Translations under genes and position numbers: made by a program | Notes under the pieces: generated by a model | Seen by the model: the letters and a program-made list of their open reading frames with translations, nothing else | The model's database searches: none | Told to the model about the DNA's origin: nothing | Shown here: positions 29,714 to 39,218 of the stretch, piece by piece | Layout of the letters: every line of letters begins with the position of its first letter | Numbering within the stretch: the first letter of the stretch is position 1 | Source: an uncultured Chloroflexia bacterium | Lineage (GTDB): Bacteria; Chloroflexota; Limnocylindria; Limnocylindrales; CSP1-4 | Direction of reading: 5' to 3' | NCBI GenBank assembly: GCA_963720315.1 | Contig: CAVRFC010000005.1 | Span: 1,536,386 to 1,600,385 of the forward strand | DNA: 64,000 bases

Positions 29714-30223
29714 CTAGGTACCCAACAGTCGTCCGCGTTCGGTTAAGGCTGCGGCGCCCGACGTGGCCGGCGCAACGCTACAGCAAGAGCATTCGCCCTC
29801 CGACGTCCGAACAACGGCGCCGGCCGCCTCGCAACACGGGCCGGTCGCCTCCATCACAGGTAACGATCGACGAGGCCGATCGAGGTGGCTTTGTAGCAGG
29901 GCCAGCCGAGCGTCGAGGGCCTGCAGGCCAGCAATCCGGTCGGCGATGTCGGCTCGGCGCTCTCCGATCAGGCGAGGCAGTTCGGTGGTCGACTCGGCGC
30001 AGTGTCCGGAGTGGCACCAGCCCGCGATCCTGGCGGCATCCTCGAGCGGGACATCGAGCCGACGCAGATCGATGAGCAAGCGCAGGTGCTCGACATCCGG
30101 CTGGCTGTACTCGCGGTAGGCGTTGTCTCGTCGGGCGGCCCGGGGCAGCCAGCCCGAGCGTTCGTAGAAGCGGACCGTGTCGGTCGAAACGCCGACCTCT
30201 CGTGCCAGTTCGCCGATCTTCAT
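29714..30223 (-). CDS. MerR-family regulator with Cys-rich metal-binding region
   Basis: MKIGELAREVGVSTDTVRFYER HTH; CHSGHC, PCC and CSCC. Confidence 0.9.
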   Translation of the reverse strand: MKIGELAREVGVSTDTVRFYERSGWLPRAARRDNAYREYSQPDVEHLRLLIDLRRLDVPLEDAARIAGWCHSGHCAESTTELPRLIGERRADIADRIAGLQALDARLALLQSHLDRPRRSLPVMEATGPCCEAAGAVVRTSEGECSCCSVAPATSGAAALTERGRLLGT

Positions 30224-30230
30224 GGACGGA

Positions 30231-30260
30231 GCAAACCTTGGAGTGGCTCCGATGTCAAGG
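30231..30260 (-). promoter_or_regulatory. MerR operator/promoter of the merR-like gene
   Basis: TTGACA followed by dyad TCGGAG-cca-CTCCAA. Confidence 0.7.
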
Positions 30261-30277
30261 ACGCAACATGACCTCGC

Positions 30278-31387
30278 TCAGCTCGTAGATGTTGCCCTCG
30301 CCGTCAGCGCCCCCATCGGCTCAACGACCGGCAACGCGCCAGCAATGACCGTCACAAGGCGCCCGACGGCAGCCTCCTTGTCGGCGCGGATTCGCCCCAC
30401 CTCCGCCGCGTCAGCCGGCGGGTCGCCGAGGTAGGCCCAGCGAAGCCGAAGCCGGGTGCCACCGGCAGCCGGATCGAGGTCGGCTGTTGCCGCGACGGGA
30501 CCGACCCCCGGCACGGCGAGTCGCCAGGCGACCCGGTCGTACGGCTGCCAGTCGACGATTTCCTCGAGAGTGGCAAGCCGACCGGTCACGCACTGCGCGG
30601 TCGTGCCCACGCCCCGCCGCCCGCCGGGTGAGACTTCATCGATGACGATCGGACCTTCCCACCGCGTCCGAAGCTGAGGCGAGGTGAGATGGGCCCAGAC
30701 GACCGAAGGCTCACCGGCCAGCGTCGCCTCGACGTCGAGGATCAAGTCCGTCTCTTGGATCTCGAGTCGACGCGTCGCGGTCTCGGCCTGCCAGAGAGCC
30801 TCGAGATCCAATGTGAAGGTGTCGACCGGGCCAAGGTGCTCGATCGTCTCCTGGCCCGCCTGGAGCCCGAGGGAGTCCGCCTCGAGGCCGAGGGCAGCAA
30901 CCGCGGCGGCCGTGAACAGGGCGAAACCATGCCCACGCGCCTCGCCAGCCCCGGCCCCCTTTAGTAGGCGATGGACGAGGATGACGTCGCTCCCAGCCAG
31001 CTCGTCACGACCGGCGATGCGACCGTGGACGAAGGCACCGTGGTGGATGAACATCTTGAGGTCGAGCCGAGGAGCCAGACGACACGAGTTGCAGTCGCAA
31101 CTCGTCGCTTGGTCGATGCTCCGCAGGCGCCGCCGGAAGGCGATGTACGCCGCCTCGATCGCGTCCAGGAGGAGCGAACCGTCGGCGCGTCCATTCTCGG
31201 CGAAGAGGAACGCGGCGTCGCCCTCGAACTTCGAAAGCCGGAAGGGCGGCTCCAGCCGGCCGACGATCGTCTCGAGCAGGTCACCGGCAATGGCCGGCGC
31301 GTGCTCGATTTCGCTATCTGATAGGTATGCGGTATAGCCGGTCAGGTCGGCGATGATCAGGAAGCCGGTCTCAGGTGTCACTGCCAT
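30278..31387 (-). CDS. DUF2652 (class III nucleotidyl cyclase-like) domain fused to SRPBCC/START domain
   Basis: IIADLTGYT, KFEGDA, CDCNSC and LAGSDVILVHRLLK; C-terminal VWAHLT..EEIVDWQPY. Confidence 0.75.
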   Translation of the reverse strand: MAVTPETGFLIIADLTGYTAYLSDSEIEHAPAIAGDLLETIVGRLEPPFRLSKFEGDAAFLFAENGRADGSLLLDAIEAAYIAFRRRLRSIDQATSCDCNSCRLAPRLDLKMFIHHGAFVHGRIAGRDELAGSDVILVHRLLKGAGAGEARGHGFALFTAAAVAALGLEADSLGLQAGQETIEHLGPVDTFTLDLEALWQAETATRRLEIQETDLILDVEATLAGEPSVVWAHLTSPQLRTRWEGPIVIDEVSPGGRRGVGTTAQCVTGRLATLEEIVDWQPYDRVAWRLAVPGVGPVAATADLDPAAGGTRLRLRWAYLGDPPADAAEVGRIRADKEAAVGRLVTVIAGALPVVEPMGALTARATSTS

Positions 31388-31394
31388 GCGCCCA

Positions 31395-31424
31395 ACCTAG
31401 ACCTTGGAGTCGCTCCAATGTCAA
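31395..31424 (-). promoter_or_regulatory. MerR-activated promoter (19-bp spacer), probably leaderless
   Basis: TTGACA-TTGGAGcgaCTCCAAGGTC (19 nt)-TAGGTT, then 6 nt to the ATG. Confidence 0.75.
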
Positions 31425-31666
31425 TACCTGCCGGTCGACTCCCAGCGGCAGCGCCGGGACGACTACGTCGTCCATCCGCGCGGCCGAAAGCAAGGGCGGC
31501 ACGAACCGCTCCTCGATGGAGGTCCGCATCCGCTAGTCGACCCGTCCTGCAGTCCGGATTCGAGCTTGTACTTCGGGCCGCGCGAGGGTCTAGAGTGCCG
31601 CCAGCGCTGGCAGCGGATCGCGCCATTCTCCGGCCGTCGCGCCGCGCGAGTGGAGGGAGGTCGGCC

Positions 31667-32578
31667 ATGCGCCGCGTCAGTGCAATCGTCGGAGTCGTGC
31701 TGCTGCTCGTCCTGATGCTGCCAGCGGCGGCTATCGCTGCAGAACCGGGGGACGAGCCAAACACCGCCATCCCGGTATCAGCCGGCGAGGCCATCTACAA
31801 CTCCACCGCGATGACCTCAAACGCGGCCGTCGACCCGGCCAGTTGCCGCGAGTTCGAGGACTTCAGCAACACGATGTGGTTCTCGTACCGTCCGGCCAAG
31901 TCCGGCCTGACGATGGTCGACATCAACTCATTCGTGTCCGAGGACGGATCGACCGACTTCCTGGCGATCGCCTTCGTCTACCGGGTCGAGTCGAACGGCA
32001 GCCTGACCCTGGTCGGCTGCTCGGCCTTCCCGGCGACGGTCATCTTCACGGCCTCAGCCGGGACGACCTACCTGATCGTGTCCGCAGCGCTCGACGCCGA
32101 GGACACCGGCGAGCCTGAGTTGTCGGGCCACGGTGGCACCTTCAACCTCGCGGTCATTCCGATTCGCGGGCGGGTCCTGACCTTCCGCGGTCATTTCGAA
32201 GACTCCTTCGTCGATGAGTTCCTGAGCGAGGAGTGCGGCACCGAGGTCACGGTCTCGTTCGACGACCGGGTCACCGAGAAGACGTTCTTCGGCGCCGATG
32301 GCATCCGAGTGTTCACGTTCTTCATCGTCGGCTCGGTGACCTTCTCGACGGCCGATGGATCCGAGGTCACCTTCGACTACGCCCAGCCATTCCGCGACAG
32401 CCTTGACGGGACATTCACGGTCCTCGGGCTACCGCTCAAGGTGATCGTCGATGGTGAGGTGTTCTCGCTCGACGTCGGTCGGCTGGTCTTCGACGAAGAG
32501 GGCAACGTCGTGTTCGACGCCGGCTCGCACCAGTTCTTCAACGAAAGCGTCGACATCTGCGGGCTGCTCGCTGGCTAG
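31667..32578 (+). CDS. Secreted hypothetical protein
   Basis: GGAGG RBS, signal peptide (MRRVSAIVGVVLLL..AIAA), acidic beta-rich body. Confidence 0.75.
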   Translation: MRRVSAIVGVVLLLVLMLPAAAIAAEPGDEPNTAIPVSAGEAIYNSTAMTSNAAVDPASCREFEDFSNTMWFSYRPAKSGLTMVDINSFVSEDGSTDFLAIAFVYRVESNGSLTLVGCSAFPATVIFTASAGTTYLIVSAALDAEDTGEPELSGHGGTFNLAVIPIRGRVLTFRGHFEDSFVDEFLSEECGTEVTVSFDDRVTEKTFFGADGIRVFTFFIVGSVTFSTADGSEVTFDYAQPFRDSLDGTFTVLGLPLKVIVDGEVFSLDVGRLVFDEEGNVVFDAGSHQFFNESVDICGLLAG

Positions 32579-32682
32579 AGAACACACTCCGCGCAGGCGA
32601 CGGCCAGCCCCGACCGTCGCCTGAGGTGGCGCGGACCCGAATTCGGTTCGGGGGCGAGCCGACCCGGCCTGGTGACGCGACC

Positions 32683-33618
32683 TCAGGCTGGCCGCGAAAA
32701 CCACGCCGTCGTGGTCGCGATCGCCTCGCGATGGGGCGTCACATCGGCGCCAAAAGCTCCGGCGAACTTCGAGTGGTCGACGATCCACGGAGCGTCGCGC
32801 TGATACCCCTGCTCGCGGACGGCACGCAGCGTCGGGCTGAACAGTGCGGCGACGGCCACCAGGGCCGGAGGTGTCACTTGGAGCTTGAGTGGCCCCCCGA
32901 GCGCCTCGAAGACCAGGGCCGCGAACGCGCGGGACGTGAGCGTCTCGGCGCTCGGTACGTGCCAGACGTGACCGAGCGCCTCCTCGCGGGTGCCGAGCGT
33001 CACCAGCGCACGCCCGAAGTCGGGCAGGTAGGTGAGCGTGTGCGGGACGTCCGGGTTGCCGAGCACCTGTGCCGACTTCCCCGCAACGGCCCGCCCAAAC
33101 AGCCGCTCACCCGCCGTCGATTGGAGACCGCGCGGGCCGAAGTAGTCCGATGCCCGCCCGATGGTCGCCTGGACCGTGCCCGCCGCGTGGGCATCCATCA
33201 GATTCTCGGCGAGGATTGCCCGGACGCGGCCGTTTGGGCCGGTCGCGTGCGACGGAAGATCCTCGGTCAGAGGCCCCCCGACCGGTCCGTACGCGTAGAG
33301 GTTGTCGGCATAGACGATCCTCGCTCCGCATGCCACCGCGCCGGCCACTATGCCGCGCATCAGCGGGGGCAGGAGCTCAGGCCATCGATCGTACGGCGCC
33401 GACGCGGCGTGATAGACGACCGACGCCCCGGCCATGGCCCGGGCGGTGACGTCGGGATCGGTTAGGTCAGCCTCGACCACCTCCACCTCGTCTGGCAGAT
33501 CGGCGACCTGGCGGCGGACGACGGCGCGGACCGGAAGGCTCCGATCGACGAGTTCGTCAAGGATCGCCCTGCCGACCGGACCGACTCCTGCAACGACGTG
33601 GATTCCGGACTCTGGCAT
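32683..33618 (-). CDS. NAD-dependent epimerase/dehydratase family protein
   Basis: VAGVGPVG, DNLYAYG, RASDYFGP and WHVP. Confidence 0.85.
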   Translation of the reverse strand: MPESGIHVVAGVGPVGRAILDELVDRSLPVRAVVRRQVADLPDEVEVVEADLTDPDVTARAMAGASVVYHAASAPYDRWPELLPPLMRGIVAGAVACGARIVYADNLYAYGPVGGPLTEDLPSHATGPNGRVRAILAENLMDAHAAGTVQATIGRASDYFGPRGLQSTAGERLFGRAVAGKSAQVLGNPDVPHTLTYLPDFGRALVTLGTREEALGHVWHVPSAETLTSRAFAALVFEALGGPLKLQVTPPALVAVAALFSPTLRAVREQGYQRDAPWIVDHSKFAGAFGADVTPHREAIATTTAWFSRPA

Positions 33619-33688
33619 CGCGGGCGAACCCTTTCGACAGTCTGGATGTCAACGGTGTGCACTATGCGTCCGACGGCGGTTCGGCGCC

Positions 33689-33724
33689 AAAACGAACGGC
33701 CCTCAGATCGTTTCCGGGGGCCGT
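33689..33724 (-). terminator. Intrinsic terminator downstream of the tRNA 3' fragment
   Basis: Minus strand ACGGCCCCCGGA..TCTGAGGGCCGT hairpin followed by TCGTTTT. Confidence 0.6.
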
Positions 33725-33739
33725 GTTACGTTCGGAATC

Positions 33740-33762
33740 TTGGCTGGCGAGGAAGGATTCGA
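33740..33762 (-). mobile_element. tRNA 3'-end fragment (tRNA-Gln-like), att-like scar 2
   Basis: Minus strand TCGAATCCTTCCTCGCCAGCCA followed by a terminator; no 5' half adjacent. Confidence 0.7.
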
Positions 33763-33787
33763 CGCTGATGTCCAAAAGGGTAGTGTC

Positions 33788-34276
33788 TCAGTTTGGATCT
33801 GGTAGAGGGGCGTCATACAGGGCCAGCTCATCGTCTGTCGGCGGCTGGAAGATACCTCGATACCGCTCCATGTGACTCTCGGTGATGGCGATGCCGCCGG
33901 CAGCGTGACGAGCCGCGACCCGCCTCACCAACTCGTCGTAGCGCGCATCGAGGAAACGGAGTTCGACCGCTACGCCGAGCATTCGTGCGGCCTCGCGTTT
34001 CTCGTCGCGCTCCGAGCGAGCCCAGAAACCCCATTCGAGGACAACCGAGGTTCCCAGCACGAGGAGCCGCTGCGTAAGTTCCCAGAATGCCGCTTCGAGC
34101 CTGACTTGGAAGCCCTCGTCGAACGGATCAACGTCCAACGCCGACTCCCACTCATCCGGGTTGAGCCGCACCGCGCCATAGGCGTCCGCAATCTCGCGCG
34201 CGAGCGTCGTCTTGCCCGATGCAGGCAAGCCGCACAGCAACACCAGCCTCGGTTGGAGCCGGTTGCCCGCCGTCAT
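33788..34276 (-). CDS. AAA_33 P-loop kinase
   Basis: LLCGLPASGKTT, PDEW and VVLEWGFWARSERD. Confidence 0.85.
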   Translation of the reverse strand: MTAGNRLQPRLVLLCGLPASGKTTLAREIADAYGAVRLNPDEWESALDVDPFDEGFQVRLEAAFWELTQRLLVLGTSVVLEWGFWARSERDEKREAARMLGVAVELRFLDARYDELVRRVAARHAAGGIAITESHMERYRGIFQPPTDDELALYDAPLPDPN

Positions 34277-34392
34277 CTTGGCGCTCCTCACTCGTGGCCA
34301 TTGTCGGCGGACGAGCGCACCGCACGGTCGGTCATCGGTGCACTCCGATCGGCACCTGCGGCACGCCGACACCGGCCAGAAGTGCCGCGAAC

Positions 34393-35040
34393 TCAGATAC
34401 CCGCACGGATGAACGTCACATGCGTCACTCCACTGGGCGAGGAGACGGCCTCGATCTCGTAGTCCTTCTCGAGGCCCTCCAGTCCATCCCAGAGGCGTAC
34501 GCCCCGGCCCAGCAGGATCGGGACCACCGCGATGTGCATGTGGTCGATGAGCCGCGCAGCAAGGAACTCGCGGATCATGGTGGGACCCCCGCCGAGACGT
34601 ACGTCCTGGCCGCCGGCGGCCTCGCGCGCCGTCTCGAGCGCCTCGGCCGGCGAAGCATCGATGAAGTGGAAGGTCGTGCCGCCCTCCATCTCGATCGACG
34701 GGCGCGGGTGATGGGTGAGGATGAAGGTCGGTGTGTGGAACGGCGGGTTGGGACCCCACCAGCCCGTCCACTCCGGGTCCCCGTGCCATCCGGGCGGGCC
34801 GAACTTCCCGGCTCCCATGATCTCGGCGCCGATCCCCGGATCGTGCAGCCGCAGGAAGGTGTCGTCGAGGCCGCCGCTGCCGCCGGGCTCGCCGACCCTC
34901 TGGCGCCACCACCGGGTGACGAACATCCATTCGTGGAGCCGTTCGCCGGCGTGGCCGAACGGTGCGTCGCGGCTCAGACCTTCGCCGGTGCCGAAACCGT
35001 CGAGCGAGATGGAGAAGAATTGGACGCGGGCGAGTGACAT
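34393..35040 (-). CDS. Dihydrofolate reductase/RibD C-terminal family protein, copy 1
   Basis: SISLDGFG, IMGAGKF, VRLGGG and VVPILLGRG. Confidence 0.9.
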   Translation of the reverse strand: MSLARVQFFSISLDGFGTGEGLSRDAPFGHAGERLHEWMFVTRWWRQRVGEPGGSGGLDDTFLRLHDPGIGAEIMGAGKFGPPGWHGDPEWTGWWGPNPPFHTPTFILTHHPRPSIEMEGGTTFHFIDASPAEALETAREAAGGQDVRLGGGPTMIREFLAARLIDHMHIAVVPILLGRGVRLWDGLEGLEKDYEIEAVSSPSGVTHVTFIRAGI

Positions 35041-35199
35041 GGCTCGTGCTCCTGTCCTAGTGCGAGGTCAGCTCACGTAGGTGGGGGAAACGGAGGCCTG
35101 TCGCGGCACTCGGGTCATCGCCTAACCAGGGTTTCCGCCGCCAGCCCTCCAGCGAGCCCGGCCGGATCCCGGTCGGCCATGCGCCGCTTTCTGCTTCGG

Positions 35200-35763
35200 T
35201 CATCGGACAGCCTCGTAGCCCAGGTACATGGCGCCGGAGGCGAAGGCCCGGGTCTCGGTCAAGCGGAGGTCGAACCGCGAGACGCCGGGCGGGAAGAACG
35301 GCGTCCCTGCGCCGAGGACGACCGGGTGAACGACCATGTGGTACTCGTCGACGAGCCCGCGCTCAATGAACTGCGCGGCGAGCGTCGGCCCGCCAACCTC
35401 GATCTCGCCGTCGAACTCCTGCTGCAGCTTCGCCAGCTCCTCGCCAACGTCGCCGCGGACGAGCCGTGCGCCGTGCGCGACGGACTCGAGCTCGTGCGAG
35501 AAGACCACCTTCGGCGTCGCGTTCCAGATCCGGGCGAACTCGCGCATCGGCTCTGTCGAGGCCGGGTCGGCCTCGCCGGTCGGCCAGTAGGCGGCCATCA
35601 CCTCCCAGAGTCGCCGGCCGTAGACGGAGACGTCCGACTCGCGCAGGCGATCGTTGAACCACGTGTGAAGCTCGTCGTCGACCTTCGTCCAGTCGAGCGA
35701 GTGGTCCGGCGTCTCGACATAGCCGTCGAGTGACACGTTCATCAAGTACACGACCTTGCCCAT
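35200..35763 (-). CDS. Dihydrofolate reductase/RibD C-terminal family protein
   Basis: MNVSLDGY, YGRRLWE, VGGPTLA and PVVLGAG. Confidence 0.9.
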   Translation of the reverse strand: MGKVVYLMNVSLDGYVETPDHSLDWTKVDDELHTWFNDRLRESDVSVYGRRLWEVMAAYWPTGEADPASTEPMREFARIWNATPKVVFSHELESVAHGARLVRGDVGEELAKLQQEFDGEIEVGGPTLAAQFIERGLVDEYHMVVHPVVLGAGTPFFPPGVSRFDLRLTETRAFASGAMYLGYEAVR

Positions 35764-35970
35764 GCCAACCTCCGAGTGCTGCTGCACTTACCGTAAGACT
35801 GCACGAGCGACGCAAAGTCATCGAGGACGTCGCGGAGTCACGATTGCCCCGCGAAAACCTCACGTCGGTGGTCGAGACACGACTACCGGTGTACCGGTGG
35901 GGGGATTGCGGGATGGGAACGTGCGTCGGCGACGAGGCGCTCCAGGACATCCGGCGGCGGCGCAGGGCGG

Positions 35971-36885
35971 CTAGTCATCGGGTATATCGTCCGGGCCCGG
36001 CGATTCGGTGGCGGTCGCCACCGACGCGCCTGGCGCCGGCGGTGTGTCCCAGCGGCCGGTCCCGATCGCCTCGGCCGCGAACGCCACCAAAAGACGGCGA
36101 CGCATCTCGCTGGTCGCCGCGAGACGAAGGTCCGGCGGCACGCGGCGACGGACCGTGATCGCCGCGCCGTCGAGCGTGAGCGCCGTCACCCACGTGTCGA
36201 TCGGCGACTCGAACAGACGACCGCTCCACGCCGGGTCGTCTCCGAGCTCGCGGCCCACCCGACCGGCGACCGCGATCGCCCTATCGAGGTCCTGCGGCCG
36301 CAGGATTTGGACGTCGACCGACGCGATCGAGTAGACGCGGGTCAGGTTCGACGAGGCGCGGATCAGCCCGTTCGAAACCGAGTGGAGCGCGCCCAGCCCA
36401 TCGCGGAGCGTCGTACGGCGCAGGCCGATCTCATCGACCTCACCTTCGGTGATCATTCCCGGGGCGGCCTGCACAGAGATCCAGTCGCCTTTGTAGAACG
36501 GGCCTTCCACGAGGATCAGGATCCCCATCAGGTAGTCGAGCACGATCGCCTGCCCGGCGAGCGTGAGGGCCGCGGCGACCAGCCCGAGACCGGCGAGCAG
36601 CGGCCAGAGGTCGAACACGCCAAGGACCAGGATGACCAAGGCGACAATGAAGCCGGCGCGGACCAGTTTCCCGAGGACGACCTCGAGCGTCACCGCCCGT
36701 TTCTGTTGCTCTTCGGCAGGGTCGCTCCCCGCCTGGAGCGTCGCGCTCTGGACCTGGAGCATCGTCATGACGACGCGGTGCGTCATGCTCACGGCAAAGC
36801 GATAGAGGGCGAACAAGACCAAGCCGCCCACGAGCAGGGCCAGCCCGTGCCAGACGATCCAGCCGAGAAGTTCGTTGAGGCTCAT
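35971..36885 (-). CDS. mscS: MscS-family small-conductance mechanosensitive channel
   Basis: Three TM helices, LDYLMGILILVEGPFYKGDWI and GEVDEIGLRRTTLR. Confidence 0.8.
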   Translation of the reverse strand: MSLNELLGWIVWHGLALLVGGLVLFALYRFAVSMTHRVVMTMLQVQSATLQAGSDPAEEQQKRAVTLEVVLGKLVRAGFIVALVILVLGVFDLWPLLAGLGLVAAALTLAGQAIVLDYLMGILILVEGPFYKGDWISVQAAPGMITEGEVDEIGLRRTTLRDGLGALHSVSNGLIRASSNLTRVYSIASVDVQILRPQDLDRAIAVAGRVGRELGDDPAWSGRLFESPIDTWVTALTLDGAAITVRRRVPPDLRLAATSEMRRRLLVAFAAEAIGTGRWDTPPAPGASVATATESPGPDDIPDD

Positions 36886-36983
36886 GTAGGCGCGTCGATG
36901 ATCGGGCCTCCGCCGGTCAGTTGGACGTAGCGGACCGTATCACTGGACACCCCGATCCGCTGGGCCAGCTCGCCGATCCTCAT
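36882..36983 (-). pseudogene. Truncated MerR paralog (33-aa stub) coupled to mscS
   Basis: Translates MRIGELAQRIGVSSDTVRY|VQLTGGGPIIDAPT*; the stop overlaps the mscS ATG (ATGA). Confidence 0.75.
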
Positions 36984-36990
36984 CAGCCCA

Positions 36991-37020
36991 GCAAACCTTG
37001 GAGTCTCTCGGATGTCAAGG
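36991..37020 (-). promoter_or_regulatory. MerR operator/promoter, copy 3
   Basis: 27 of 30 bp identical to 30231-30260. Confidence 0.75.
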
Positions 37021-37123
37021 CCTGTCAGGAGCGCCGTTCAGCGTGCGCAGTGCTCGCTGTGCTCTGTGACCGACGGCGTCGATTCCTGACGACTTCGCGA
37101 TACCACGCTATCCTCCGTCGGCC

Positions 37124-37819
37124 GTGCGACTGCTCATCGTCGAGGACGAGCTCGACCTCGCCACTGCTCTTGCCACCGGGTTGCGCCGCGAAGGCTATGC
37201 GACCGACACTGCCACGACCGCCGCCGAGGCGCGCGAGCGCCTCCATGACACACCGTATGACGTCGTGTGCCTGGACCTCGGGCTGCCGGACGGGGACGGT
37301 CGCGAGGTCTGCCGCGAGCTTCGCACAGGCGAGCTGGTGCTACCGGACGCCACGCCACCGCGCGTCCTGATGCTGACCGCCCGGGACGGTCTCGACGATC
37401 GAGTGGGAGGTCTGGACGACGGTGCCGACGACTACCTAGTCAAGCCGTTCAGCTTCGTGGAGCTCGCGGCACGGGTTCGCGCCCTCGCACGCCGCCCGAC
37501 GATCAACGGTGGGGCGACGATCCGGCTGGGGAGCCTCGAGCTCGACGCCGCGCGGCACGATGCGCACCGTAATGAACGACGTCTTGACCTTACCGCTAAA
37601 GAGTTCGCGCTCCTCCGCTACTTCATGCTCCATCCGAGCGAGGTCCTAACACCGGAGCGCCTGCTCGAGCACGTCTGGGACGATCGCGCCGACCCATTTA
37701 CGAACACGGTCCGGGTCACGATCAGCAACCTCCGCCGCAAGCTTGCCGAGACGGGCCACGGACAGCCCATCGAGACGGTAGTGGGCGTGGGCTATCGCCT
37801 CGTGGAGGGCGAGGAATGA
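37124..37819 (+). CDS. OmpR-family response regulator
   Basis: LIVEDE, LDLGLPDGDG, GADDYLVKPF and winged helix TNTVRVTISNLRRKL..VGVGY. Confidence 0.92.
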   Translation: MRLLIVEDELDLATALATGLRREGYATDTATTAAEARERLHDTPYDVVCLDLGLPDGDGREVCRELRTGELVLPDATPPRVLMLTARDGLDDRVGGLDDGADDYLVKPFSFVELAARVRALARRPTINGGATIRLGSLELDAARHDAHRNERRLDLTAKEFALLRYFMLHPSEVLTPERLLEHVWDDRADPFTNTVRVTISNLRRKLAETGHGQPIETVVGVGYRLVEGEE

Positions 37820-39087
37820 GACGGTCGCCGCTCCGACGCCTCGCTGCGTCCGTTCGATCGATCCGCTTCCGGCTCGCATTGCTGGTGACGACGGCCCTGA
37901 TCGTGACGGCGGGCGTGCTCGTGCTGGGCATGAACCTGGCCCTGGATACGGTGGCCGCGACGAGCCCGATGGAGCAGCCGACGACCTTCGAGGAGGAGCT
38001 GCTGCGAGTGCTCGGCATGAGCCTCGCCGAGCTCGACGGAAGCGGCGACAACCGGGCGACCGATGCACTCCTGAACGTGGAACAGACCATCCGTGAGCAG
38101 ACGCTCCAGATGGTTCGGGATCTCTCGCTCGTGGCGCTGCTCGTGCTGGTGCCGGTCGGCCTCGCCATCGGTTGGGCCGTCGCAGGCCGGGTCGTGCGGC
38201 CCGTTGGCACGATCGCCAGCGTCGCACGGGAGATCGAGGCGACCGATCTCTCGCGTCGGATCCGCCTTGGCGGTCCACACGACGAGATGCGCGATCTCGC
38301 CGACACGTTCGACGCAATGCTCGACCGGCTCGATCGAGGCGTGCGGACCCAGCGTCGTTTCGTCGAGGACGCCTCGCACGAGTTGCGGAACCCACTGGCG
38401 GTCATCCGGACGACCCTTGATGTCGCTCTTTCGGAGCCAGAGGACGCCGAGGGCCTCCGCCGCGCAGCCGAGGTGGCTCGTCGGACTGCCGACCGGATGT
38501 CGACCACGGTCGACGAGCTCCTGGCGTTCGGCAGGACGAGTGTCCAGCCGGAGCGGCTGGTCCCCGTCGATCTGGCGGAGGTCGTATCCGAGGTCGCCCA
38601 GGAGTACGACGCGGTGGCCTCAACCCGGGGCATCCGGCTGTCCCGGCTCGCTCCGTCCGGTCTGGTCGTCGACGGCGACCGCTCCGCGCTGAAGCGGGCC
38701 CAGGCGAACCTCGTCTCGAACGCGCTCCGCGTGGCTCCCCCTGGCTCGGTGGTCCACTCCCGCGCCGGACGTGTCGGTGGATGGCTGTGGTTCGGAGTCC
38801 GCGACGTCGGGCCTGGCATCGCGCCCGATGACCAGGCCCTCGTATTCCGCCGCGCCTGGCGTGATGGCGCTCCCACGGCGGAAGGCGACGGGCAAGGCCT
38901 GGGGCTGGCCCTCGTCCGCCAGATCGCCGAGGCACATGGCGGCACGGTCAGCGTGGCCTCGGTCCCCAGGCACGGCGCAAGCTTTGTTGTGTGGCTGCCG
39001 GACCGGCGGACGGATGCGGAGCCGGTCCCGGTGGCTGATCTCCGAGCGATGGCCGACCCGCTGTGGACGGTGGACGCTGTGTCCTGA
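37816..39087 (+). CDS. HAMP sensor histidine kinase
   Basis: Two TM helices, HAMP, DASHELRNPL, NLVSNA, DVGPGI and GLGLA. Confidence 0.92.
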   Translation: MRRSPLRRLAASVRSIRFRLALLVTTALIVTAGVLVLGMNLALDTVAATSPMEQPTTFEEELLRVLGMSLAELDGSGDNRATDALLNVEQTIREQTLQMVRDLSLVALLVLVPVGLAIGWAVAGRVVRPVGTIASVAREIEATDLSRRIRLGGPHDEMRDLADTFDAMLDRLDRGVRTQRRFVEDASHELRNPLAVIRTTLDVALSEPEDAEGLRRAAEVARRTADRMSTTVDELLAFGRTSVQPERLVPVDLAEVVSEVAQEYDAVASTRGIRLSRLAPSGLVVDGDRSALKRAQANLVSNALRVAPPGSVVHSRAGRVGGWLWFGVRDVGPGIAPDDQALVFRRAWRDGAPTAEGDGQGLGLALVRQIAEAHGGTVSVASVPRHGASFVVWLPDRRTDAEPVPVADLRAMADPLWTVDAVS

Positions 39088-39218
39088 CGGACCTTTAGGC
39101 CGTCCTTACACCATCCGAACGTCCACGTTATCCCTCATTTTCTAGCCTTCGGATCATTGGCCGGACCGGTATCGGTCTGACCTGCATGCGACCGCTCCCG
39201 ATCCGGAGGCCCAATCAC

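Noticed and set aside
29714-30223. Mercury resistance operon
   Set aside because: No merA, merT, merP or merB genes in the window; the metal specificity of the regulator cannot be read from sequence
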